Assembly: GCA_910592345.1 (NCBI GenBank)
Contig: CAJVPI010000084.1
Location: 1 to 58,547, forward strand
Reading direction: 5' to 3'
Length of the DNA: 58,547 nt
Source of the DNA: Paraglomus brasilianum
Taxonomy: Eukaryota
The translations under genes and the position numbers were made by a program. This document shows positions 1 through 11,436 of the stretch, piece by piece (the first letter of the stretch is position 1; each line of letters begins with the position of its first letter). The notes under the pieces are model-generated. The model was given only the letters and a program-made list of their open reading frames with translations, was not told the DNA's origin and searched no databases.

Positions 1-299
1 AACTTGTAATTCAACGGGCTTATTTACAGTTATACGAGTTTTATTCAAAGGTTCGAATTATACGATGTGCTTCCACGTATGTCAATATGGTTGAGTTAAC
101 GAGATGCCGAAATAAAATCGTGCACGTTTACTGTTAGATGTAAGAAAATATGATACATTACTTATTAAAAAGTAAATCTTGAGACTAATGTTTTATGGAA
201 TTGGGATGCTAATCGTTCCTGAATAAAATACGTAACATTCAAGCTTGGTTCGAAGCATTTCAGCACCAGCCGGATGATGCGTGCTTCCTTACATTGTTT

Positions 300-465
300 T
301 CACATCCAAACCAGTTTTTTCCAAATGGCCCCATGCATTCGGCCAATAAGGCCTTGATAGACGCGATAGCTACTTCATGACTAGAATGCAGATAAAGAAT
401 CCTGGAGATGCGATAAAAGCAGATCCCACATCTGCTCGAACCTTCCGATTGAAGAATATCTCTAG
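300..465 (-). pseudogene. Frameshifted fragment resembling Mon2 (Arf-GEF-like Golgi protein)
   Basis: Minus strand reads IGRFEQMWDLLLSHLQDS / (frameshift) / LHSSHEVAIASIKAL, then NAW-x-IWKK-like pieces. This resembles the Mon2 segment F-x3-W-x-xLL-x-H-IQ...EV-x-xA-x-xK, recalled from memory. Confidence 0.4.
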
Positions 466-500
466 AACTCTATTGTAATTATGTGCGGTTCTCATCAGTA

Positions 501-635
501 CCTCTCCTACCAGATTTGGTAACGTTTTGAGCTACTAAATTTAGTAAGGGAGATAGTTTAGCACTCGGGGAGGTAAATTACCTCCTCCAATATATTGTCA
601 AATTTGGCATCTACTACTAAATATGGTAGGGGAGG
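501..635. mobile_element. MITE with imperfect ~21-bp TIRs and TA TSD
   Basis: TA|CCTCTCCTACCAGATTTGGTA ... TACTAAATATGGTAGGGGAGG|TA; the ends are reverse complements with 3 mismatches. Confidence 0.65.
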
Positions 636-1312
636 TATATTATTTGCTATCGCTATAAGACATACTGACAATTATAAGTGTAAACGTTTATTCGAAAGAC
701 ATAGATAGCTATTGGTATCGAGATTTAACAATCTGAATGTGGTATATGATGCGTGATTGCGTGATGTCATCAGACAGTGTTTCCTAGACTCTGAAGAATT
801 TTAGATGGTCCTACACAAGAAATCAAGAAAACAGTGAAATTACAGAATGGCGACAAAGGTAACCATTCTATTCAGTATTATTAGTATCTGTAATTTGATG
901 AATATGGCCTTTTTAACCAAGACTGCTTAAACAGAATCGCATTGGGTCGAGAAGACGCATTTTGGAGTCGAATAACGAGAGTCTGGGATTATGCTTACGA
1001 ACAATTGCTCGTTCCAGATGATCCACGAGCATTAGGTTTACTTTTGTGGTTTGTCGCCGGTGTTAGCACCAATCAGGAGAAGAGCACGTTCACTTAATTG
1101 TTGATCCTATGTCTGTAACTAGCCATGGCCTTTATTAATAGGCATTTTAAAAGAACGATCGGCAGATACTAATACGTAGTAGTAGTAACCCAAATTACAT
1201 TCCGCGTCCGATACTTCGGTCACAAAGGCAATCGTACGGAATGCTAATATGAATGTGAATGTGAAGGCTATTCGCCAAGAAAAACAGTCGTTTTTCCGCA
1301 CAGCTCGTGTTT

Positions 1313-3097
1313 TTATTCAATAAACGAACTCGCACCCGATACATTTCCAAATCTCCCAACCACTTGAAATACTTCATAGTCTTCTACTTGACTATCATCA
1401 TACTCAAATATACCACTTGGATATGAAACAGGTTTAGCACTCCACATCTTATCACCAATACTAAAATCGGGTCCAGCTCCGAACGCGGGCCAGTTTCCCT
1501 CACTACAACACACGGCGTTCTCTGCATCCTTCACCCTACCGATACGAGCATTATCAAACGATTTGCCATCTCCAAGAGAGAATACGAATGCTTGAGGAGC
1601 ATATTGATACCCTTGTTGCTGCAATGACCAATCAAGAGGATTATATCCACCAATTATTTGTGAAGACACATTTGCTATAATGAGAGTAGGCCCTCGCATC
1701 AAACACTTCTCATAAAATATTGACGACGAGAATCCATCAACAGATCCTCTTAATAATAACTTAAAGTCGTAAGGTATTTTTCTCGACTGCACTGCAGTGT
1801 CGTCGATTCCATCTATCCAATTAGCTAACAAACTACCAAAAATTGGTTCTATAATAACTGACTCGAATAACGGAATCCTCGGTGGGAGTATTGTCGATTC
1901 TACTGGCTTATCTGGGTCTAAGTAATGGGAAATTAGATCTTCAAATAGACCTTTAGGAAGAATACGCTTATAAGGACGAACTTTACGTGAGAAATCCGCA
2001 GAAGGAATATTAAAGAATCTTACAAGTGGAACATATTGATATAAAGTAGCCTCAAGTAATGACCACTCCTCGTCTCCCCATGTAGAGATATCACTAGACA
2101 ATCCCGGATTTTGTGCTATTCCCCATTGAAGCAGATGATCCCATATTTCAACTTCTTCCAGACACAGATCATTTCGTTTTAGCAATAGAATTAAAATCGA
2201 TTCATCTAAGGATGTAAACGATGGTGATGAGAAAATGATAGAGGGTTTCTTGCATATTGTTGCGAGACAGTAATCGCGGAGAGATTTGCATGCTGCGTGC
2301 TGAAAGACCAGCTCGAGAATTTCGACTGGGTTATCATCTAGCCATGTGGTCTTTTCGGTTATCAGGTATGTTTGTATATGATTGATCAGAGTATGTAGAT
2401 CTAATTCGTCGGCTGCAACGACGATTTTCAGGATTTCGGAACCTTCCTGGTCAGCAAGTGATATTGTACCTGTATATAAATATCTGAGAAGGAACGAAAG
2501 GCGCACAAGATAAAAGGCTTTGTTACTAAGCAGCAAATAAAATGTGTGCCAATACGACCACCTATTTAGACAACTATAGACAGATGGACAAAGAAATAGA
2601 AGTATTTACTAAGAAATCGGGTGCTTTTAGAATTTCCAAAGATTGGAACGATTCGACTTCACTTTGAGGTTGTTGTGTCTGCATTATTATATCACTCCAG
2701 ATATTTTACAACCTCATTCATAAACCTTGAAACAAACACATACTCAATACATCTGCTTCCCGAACATTGATTTCCAGTATTCTCATTCCACGTAGAAACT
2801 TCCCATTTACCAAGTTCTCCATTCGATCCAACGTAATACTCACCTAAGAATCTTAGCAAAAACATTTCCACTTATATTTGGCTTTCTAAAGACAAACATT
2901 CCGCCTTCCTTCCTGGCCCAATCGTTCGACAAAGCGCTTCTGAAATAGGAACATCTTGCACGAAGTACCAGATTATGCGCTTTGAATTCTTTTGCTTCGG
3001 TCGATTCATCACCAGCATAGATAATTACATCGTAATTGTCATCATCCTCAAACAATTGCGCCCAGCAATTCGAGACATCGAGAAGGAGATTAGACAT
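1313..3097 (-). CDS. BTB/POZ-BACK-TLDc domain protein; exons 3097-2844, 2483-1313
   Basis: BTB motif DVIIYAG...FKAHNLVLRARCSYF, then ILR|YLYTG joined across a GT-AG intron. BACK region (EVEIWDHLLQWG) and TLDc (FKLLLRGSVDGF...IIGGYNP...EDYEVFQV) follow. Confidence 0.92.
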
Positions 3098-4044
3098 TGA
3101 AGTGATGAAAAAGAAAGAGTTTGGAATGTTGGAATTTGAATGTATGAGGTGGAGTGACAAATTACATTACCCAAGAGTAGAAATGATCTGTAATTGGCGT
3201 TTCCCAGGACACAGTTACACACTTGGCAAACAATTGTCAGGGATCAGTATTGGGTACAAACCGTATATGGAAAGCACGTGAAAGACCCATAATAATGTAA
3301 TAAAGGTCGAGGCAGAAGCGCGAAGCGATTGATACTATTACTATTACTATAGTCTCATTGAAAGTCATAGAGTTGACCCTATGTATAAAAAGTTCAAAAT
3401 AGTGTATGTTAAAGACTTTTTTGCGTTAAATGGACGCTACCATGTACACAGTAATCACGACTCACGAGCTAGCGTTATCCGTAGTTAGGCAATAAAGTTC
3501 CATATTAATTTTGATCTAATTAAAGCTTACGTTAACTCACAACACATCGTTGATCAGCGAGCAGAATTAATCGTTTTTCGTCGCTAACACGATCTTCGCC
3601 CGTGCAACAACTACAGATGTCAGTACGCATGTTAGCATATACAGTACAGTATACTGATATGTAGCGGCTAACATCACTTAATTTCCACATAAACTAACAC
3701 TCCAATCCCCTCAACTAGAAAACAAAATCCAAATAAGCAACCCTGCACCAATTTCGCACCATCCATAAGTCTAGCGGCTATCCACAGAGATAGAAACAAA
3801 TTTCTTGAAAATCAGCTCATAATCGATACCGCCGATAAAATAATATCTCTTTTGTGTAGGTTTACTCAGGTTCAGTGGTGACGTTTGGCCTGACATTTTT
3901 TACATTGTACATATTAATATTCACTTTTGTGACATTTAAACTTTTACGGGAAAAAACCTTATTATGTCACACAAACCAGAAGTCACATGATGGATGCCGT
4001 AATAAAAGTTCTATTCATACCTAACAATACATTGTATCTCCAAG

Positions 4045-4992
4045 ATGGAGCTCGATGAAAGACCAATTCTTTATTCCTATTGGCGATCTTCTTGTTCATG
4101 GCGTGTAAGAACAAGTCTCCTTTGGAAAAATATTGATTATAATACGATACCAGTGAACTTGCTGGTTAATGAACATGTGGGTGATGAAAGGACGATTTTG
4201 ACATATTCCCACGAGTACCAAATACTAAAGATCGATTTCATTTACTCAAGAAATCAGCGGAATATACAGCCATTAATCCAATGCAAGAAGTTCCTACACT
4301 TGTTATCGATGGCAATACACTCACACAGTCTCTTGCCATTCTTGAGTATTTAGAGGAAACTCACACAGAAAAGCCCCTCCTACCTAGTGATCCGTTGACA
4401 CGAGCAAAGGTGAATGTACATTGTATATCTTGATGAAGGAGAATCCAGCTCCATTGATACGACCTTGTTTTTATAGGTGAGGTCTCTTGTAGGTGCGATT
4501 GCCATTGATACTCAACCAGCACAGAATTTGCGGATTCTTAAATACGTTGGAGATGAAAAATCACAGGATTGGGCAAAACATTGGATTACTTGGGCCTTCG
4601 AAGGTCAGTACATATGATGTATTTTCAGTTGTTGATGTCACATTCATGCTCAATGATTTTGTTGTTTTTCCATTGAACAGGGATTGAGAAGCAGCTTTCG
4701 AGCACAGCCGGGAATTATTGTGTTGGAGATGAAGTGACTCTGGCTGATGTGTGTCTGGTGCCTCAGGTATTTAACGCGAGAAGGTATCTATATGCATTTC
4801 ATGATCCGTAAGTAATGATCTGAAGACATTCATGTGGCCCTGAATAATGAGCGTATGTCATACAGGTGCGGAGTAGATATGAGTAGGTTTCCGATTATTT
4901 CGCGTATAGATGCCAACTGCGTGAAACTCGAAGCATTTAAGCTATCTGATCCCTATGCGCAAATCGATTGTTCTGAGCCCAAAGGCACATAA
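4045..4992 (+). CDS. maiA: Glutathione S-transferase zeta / maleylacetoacetate isomerase, ~215 aa; exons 4045-4176, 4251-4409, 4477-4603, 4681-4783, 4866-4992
   Basis: Zeta signature [14 protein letters not shown]; also [28 protein letters not shown] and [15 protein letters not shown]. Five GT-AG exons sum to 648 nt in frame. Confidence 0.93.
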
Positions 4993-7900
4993 TTTAATTA
5001 TATAAATTTGTTAGTAGTGTGAAATGCAAATCGTCATAAACGTAAGATTCTATTCTTTGATTGTCATTACTATTTAGTATGTCAATAAAAATGACTTCCT
5101 ATTGTTTTATTATGGTCCGATAGATACCTCGAAATTGATCGCTATCAAAGTTTTGTGCGACTTTAATTTATAACCATATTTACATAGTAATAGTAATAGT
5201 ATATTCTTGACTTGGTTTAAAATGTCTCTATTCACTAGCCAACGAAGTGCTACTCCTTTAACTGAAAACGAAAAAGCAATGCCTTTTAACACGCAAAATA
5301 CTTTTCAGAGGAAATTCCTCATCTAAAAATCAAAATTTCATACTAAGCAAGCGTGTTGCGTGTTATTCATAAGTGTAAAATTGGCGCATTTACAAACCAC
5401 AAAAAAATCGGCTACACTTTTACGTGAAAAAATTACTAATGCAAACGAAACCGGAACGAACGCCCGCTCAACATCAATTCTCGGCAATAACTTGCTGAGA
5501 ATGGGCTTTCTAAATGGAAAATTCTTCGTTTGTTGCATACATTAGGTTCTATTACGGCCATGGTGGAAGTAGGAATTTAGGCATTACAACTCAAAACTTT
5601 ATAATTAACAACATTACAACTCCGAAACACAGAACACCTTTTGACAGAATCTAGCTAGCGCTTATATTAGTGATAGGGGCAATTTTGAACCCTGTCGCAG
5701 AACTTATCAAGGCGCGAAAAATCATAACGCATATTGTGACAGCAGGACGCAATTTCATCGACCCTGCATATTGTCCCTGAACCTCGGTATATGAATTTAA
5801 TGCATAATTGTAAAACTTTGTTGGCTTATTGCAAGCAATTCGATATTGAAAATGATCAGTTCGAATGAAAGGATAATAAATGCATTATCGTTCTTAAGTC
5901 TCCTGAAGCGACTTTCGTGAAGAAGGAGCTTAATGTTTGTAAACGTAGCGATATGGAAGCTGGTTCTACTATAAGACTTCCGCTACGATATTGAAATCTA
6001 TAATGAAATAAAGCTTAACAACGAACATATTAGTTCGATGGAACAATAATTATTTGTTGAGAAAGGTCATGTTTAAAAACAAAGTGAAGGCTTTCGTAAG
6101 TAAGTACGTTCGCTGAGAACAAGAGTTGATATGTTGTGTTAATATTATTACTTGTATCAAAACGAGGCGACTCTTTCCGTCGGCTCGTAACGTAGTGGCT
6201 TCTCGGTGGCAAATATTTATAACCAACATGGGAAAGGCTATGTACCGATGGTGTTAAGTGAAAGAGAGATATTACTATCTCTAGTATTTACTCGTAAGAG
6301 AGAACCGTTCTAAATATAATGGTTGGATGACTACGACATTAAAAAAGAATTTAAGATTGAAACCGGTTTGCTTAAAGCAAATGGCATGTTTCTCAATTTT
6401 GCAAACGAACCGATTCGCGTCCATCTATAAGTCTATATCCCCAAGGAAAACTCAGACTGACATGTCACAAACACGTTCTCTCCCGACGACGTAGTAGAAA
6501 TCGCCGGCGCAGTGACCGACGTTTGTGAAAACGTAACATTGTACGTATACAAATTCTATAACCAAAAATATAAGGTAAAAGGGGGGTATTGTGACGAATT
6601 ATTAATATTGTCAATTTATAGCAGATATTCATAAGGCATATCTTCTTTTCAAATAAACGCATAACTCAGACTCGTCTCTCCAAAAAATAAACAGATGAGT
6701 TGTTGCATGCGTGATTCTAAGTAGCAAACATTAGTGAGTAAGTGAAAAATTTGATAGTAGCCCGTGGGCATTGATGTTAAACATGGAAAACGGTCGTCAT
6801 AATCCTGTCTAATATACTAATAAAAAATGTTGCAATGACCATTTTGTATTAGTATTTGACAATTTTAAATAATAGAAGTTCTTATCGGCCTTGAAAACGA
6901 CATGATTTAACATTATCGTTACTTTCAATATTATCGTTACAACACAAATTTGTACTACGTGAACAACAGGCGCGTTACATTCATAAGTTGCATTCATAAC
7001 TTTTTTCGTGTAGTTACGACATCCTCACAAAAGAACAAGAAAAAGAAGATATAACCATGATATGACAGCATAACATAACCGAATAATAGCTTTATATCCA
7101 CTTTAACTTGGAATAACCTTCTGTACAATACATATTTACCGCAGAGGCGCAGCCCCCCCCAAAAAACTATTTCTAAAAATGAGCAGGTCTCTCAAACGGT
7201 TCTACTACAGCACATTCTATTGTTTTTAACATCTCGCAGTTGTCAGCGTCCGTTAGTCATACAGTCCCATCTCAGTTATCAATTATATCCCCATGTTAGA
7301 ACCCAAGCTTTTTGGGAATATATCAGAAGTGGGATATAAAGCGTTTCTACTGATTTAGCGCAACTGAATTACTGTCATTTTTGTTGCAAGTCTTAGCTGT
7401 CAGAAGTGCTTGTCTTCCCACCTTTACTTTCTTTTCGATAAATTTCTTCTTCTGAAGTATATCTGTATCGATCAAATTATGTATATTAATATGCTCTTCA
7501 ATAGCCAGTTTCCCCAAATTAATTAAATTCTGCTGGTCTGAGCTATCCGCGTTACCGTTAATCATGGCTTGTACTGATCAACATATTCCGGTATTCGTCG
7601 CATAACGCGAACCTTTTCTTTTTATTTACCTTTTGGCAACAAGGAATCATTGTTTAGTATGGAGATGCAAATTTGATTGGGAGGATGTTTGCTTTTTTTT
7701 TTGTACATTACCACTAAGTGAGTTAAGAGCTATTGATTCGAATAAAGAACGTACTCTGTATGTGTGGTTGAACGTAAAAGTATGAATTTATAACGCATAG
7801 TATACTAGGAAACGGAAACCGTAAAGCCCGTCGCTTATCATCAGGGTAAATTATTAAAATCTTTTTCAAAAAAGCGCCTGTATAATATTCATTTTACAAA

Positions 7901-8136
7901 GGCACCCGACGCTTTGAGCGACGAAATTCTTTATACGCGATAATCAGCGAGACAACTACAGTTATCAGATAGACTTTTGTCGAGAAAGAGAATAAAGGAT
8001 GCTACGATTTGAAGAAACACAATGTTACTTATCGTGATGACGTCTTTGTATTACCAGCGATATACAATATAGCACAACTACTCCTACTTTTTTCCTTTTA
8101 GTCTGAATAATTTTTTCTCCTCCTTTGTTCAGAACG

Positions 8137-8480
8137 ATGTCATCAGTCTTGGGGGCCCATGCAACAATCGACAGTCTGATTCAGTCCTCCCTCGAAATCG
8201 AAACTAAACATGTTAAATGGTTTTCCAAGGAGGACATTACCGACATAAAGCCGAGTCAATTTGACAACGTTCATTACGCTATTTTAATTTATAAGCGAAC
8301 ATGTTATGATATAGTTAGGGAAGTCAAGATAATGTTGCAATTAGTCGGAAGTAGCGAAGAATGTACACCAACTTCCGTGAGTACATTCGCTAGAATATAC
8401 TCACTTCCGACGCACAAGTACAATGACGCTGATTAGTTCAGAAGATATTCCGTATGGCTTAGCAATCGCAACATACTTTA
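8137..8480 (+). pseudogene. Truncated copy of a glomeromycete multigene family, probably the N-terminus of a tyrosine-kinase-like protein
   Basis: MSSVLGAHATIDSLIQSS...KWFSKEDITDIK...FARIYSLPTHKYND, in-frame TAG at 8434-8436, then FRRYSVWLSNRNIL before the frame collapses. Family call is from memory. Confidence 0.45.
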
Positions 8481-9258
8481 AAATTGTGAAAGAAACTTTA
8501 AGGTTTGTTCGTCAGGCATGTTTCGTAAAAAATCATAAAATTCATGAAAAGAAGTTTTTTCCAGTGAAAGTCAAATGGTTTTGCCACTTGAAGATTTGGA
8601 AATTTTTTTACCGTCCTTGTCAGTTAATAAAGGAAAAGTAAAAGTAAAAGCAAAAGCTTTATTTTCGGGCCCTCATAAAAAGGTTTAAGAGTATGGGTTA
8701 AAGGAACCACCGTAATGCGACTACTTTTTTTATTTTGGATCAATAAAAGCATAGTGTTTGCAATGGGAAATGTATAACAAAAATGTTCATATTCCTGTTT
8801 AATCGAAACACTGCGATCTATAAAGAGACATTTGGTGTTCATCTAATACTTAATAACAAACAATGACAAACAATGAGTTTCGAATGACGGCAATTCAATT
8901 TTTCGTCAAGATTAGGGTTATAAACTTTTCGTTGTCAAATTAACCTGCCCGAGTGTTTTGTCCCAAACCCCATTTTATGTAGACATTTCCCTACTTCTAA
9001 TTGTTTCCGAACGAAATATTCCTAAAATCCCTTGTACCAAGCTACGGATACCCGCTAAAGGATTATATAATATATGACGCAGTAGGCATGTTATAAGTCA
9101 CGTTGGTGTGAACATGTATTATTGTTCGCGTTTTGTAAAAGCGTGACAGAACCAAAAAGGAAAAAATCAGAGGTAAACGTATAAGGATCAGAATGTCCTT
9201 CGCTACGCTCACAATTGGTGCAGCATTGTTGGTTTAAATTGTTAACACATTTGTTGTA

Positions 9259-9367
9259 CAGTCAACTCTTATACCGGGCGGACTGATTCTTGCGCACCGT
9301 TCGTTTCATATGAAAATTCCGGAGTCTCTTGTAAACCAACCCGTTCGGGTATAAACAGAGTTGACTG
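9259..9367. mobile_element. pogo/Tigger-type (Tc1/mariner) MITE, TA TSD
   Basis: TA|CAGTCAACTCT-TATACC ... GGTATAAACAGAGTTGACTG|TA. Confidence 0.8.
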
Positions 9368-9963
9368 TATATAATTTGCGTCACGAATGCTTGACGTCAT
9401 ATGAGCGTAACACGTGTATAACTTCGCAATAAATAAATTGGAACAAATCCTATCAATCTCTCTACTTTATTTGTTAATTGCCTTCGTTACAGATGCAGTG
9501 CGCCACTTTTATGGCGAAAGTCTTACACTTTAACTGCTTCTTTCCGGATGATTATAAAAACATCGAATGCGATCAGAAAGTTTCATACAGACAATATGTG
9601 GTGATAGAAAACTGATATACAAGTTATGTGACGAAAAAAGTTGCCTCGCTCAAATTTCAAACAATTCGCAGCCATTGCATCAAAGTATACAACAAATATA
9701 CCAATTTAAAGCTTAAAACAAGCAAATTTTATTAATTATTGGTTCTTTTCCCATTATTTTTCAATAACTTGTTTATTTGTAAAGCTACACGGATTGTGTA
9801 CATTTATTATAAGGGATAGTAACAATCCCCTTACTATTTACTTGAATAATAACCTCCGTGCATACTTTAGATTTGAACTAGTAAGTACAGTAACCTTTGT
9901 TTCACTGAGATGCTACCCAAACCTTTTTTGTCTCGCAATACTAACAATCGGTATAGCTTCAAA

Positions 9964-10071
9964 TGTTGTACCTCAGTTGGGGACCTGTCTCAGTTCTGGA
10001 CTGAGTGACTGGGTTCCGAACTGAGTGACTGGGTTCCGAACTGAGGACAGGTCTCGAACTCAGACACAACA
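9964..10071. mobile_element. TGT...ACA-ended MITE with 4-bp TSD (Ginger-like)
   Basis: CAAA|TGTTGTACCTCAGTTGGGGACCTGTC ... GACAGGTCTCGAACTCAGACACAACA|CAAA, with an internal 20-bp tandem CTGAGTGACTGGGTTCCGAA x2. Confidence 0.8.
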
Positions 10072-10605
10072 CAAACATCAAACCTCCGATTGCTCTTTCA
10101 ACTCTTGATAGCGCATTTAATTCTGCTATACATACCACGACGCACGTATTTATGCAGGATGGAAGATAAAGAGGTTGACATTTCTGTGATATAAAAAAAA
10201 GTGTACACAGAATACGTAATACGATAGGAGATCAAGAAAAATCACATTCTTTACGGCATCTGACTCAAACTACAGATCTATTCAATCGGAGTCTCTTGTC
10301 ACTATTGATTTTAGTATAAAGATGGGACAAGCAAGGTAGGAAATTCCGAGATACATGAGCAATACTTTTTTCATGGTAACTATTATAAAAAGTTAATACG
10401 GACGCCTCAATTTAGTTCTTTTATCGTTCGAGCTATATTATATGCCATGGATTAATCATCGACATAATTGTTATTTCAAAAAGTCTGTTTAATAGAACAG
10501 CTGGTATTTATTCTTTGAATTAACATTTCTAATCTACAGTACATAGACAGTAACCATTCTCTGTTCTGTAAGCAAAATACCGGTCAAGTCTATTTCTAAA
10601 CTAGG

Positions 10606-11436
10606 TTAAGCTTGCTTGGGTGGAGCTATCGTGATCGGAATATTGAGCACATTGAAGCGAGTGCTAAAGGATGTGCCTGTAAATTTTAATTTGTGAAAAA
10701 GGAAGAGTCATGAGTAAACAATTAATAATGAATGCAACGTTCGCTGGCTAGTAACAACACAGCAACAGAAATATACTAATTTGACATTTAGGACTTACCG
10801 GCGTTGTAAAGCTGACGGATGCCTATTTTCGATGAGAACCAAAACAAAATAATTGATAAGTTAATGATTTCAATAGACGCACTCACTGAAGCAAAGCACA
10901 AGTAAACCCAATCTCGAAAGCGCGCTACTTACGAAGAGTAAACTTGCCGAATCCTAAGGGCACGGTGTTAGGCTTGGTTGTGTCTGACACAACTCGATAT
11001 GTAAATGTGCCTTTAGTGATTTGCTTGTTTATGATCCCATATACAATTTCCTGAGGAGGTTGATTCGCTGGCAGTTCAAACTCCCGGATAAGCTCGCAAA
11101 ACATTTCGAGGATTTCAGGGCCTTGATACAAATAAAAAAATGTTGACTTTAGTATGCAAAAAATGCTGAAGTTGCGAACCCAAAATCGTGTATTGATTTA
11201 GTTTCATTGTGCCCAGTTTTGTAAACTCGACAATGACAGTTAATTATACCTTGTGGAGCATCGGCCCGGATCTTAAGTTTAATCGGTTTACCCGCTGGAA
11301 TCACTGCATTAGGCTTTGGTTCCAAGACCTTGACTTTATAAAGGGGGGGAGTAGCAGTAACAGCAAACACGGAGCAAGAACTGCATAGGATGGTAACCAA
11401 CAAAAGCAGAAAGGCGAAGTGTGTGTAGCGTGCCAT
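10606..11436 (-). CDS. Small secreted protein, ~156 aa; exons 11436-11250, 11121-10933, 10822-10799, 10676-10606
   Basis: Hydrophobic signal peptide MARYTHFAFLLLLVTILCSSCSVFA. Four GT-AG exons total 471 nt with no internal stop. A CT-rich tract lies upstream (11483-11530). Confidence 0.8.

Noticed and set aside
788..1098. Possible two-exon plus-strand gene
   Set aside because: Several incompatible frames are possible and none gives a recognisable product.
10000..10045. 20-bp direct repeats resembling a CRISPR array
   Set aside because: No spacers, eukaryotic context, and internal to a MITE.
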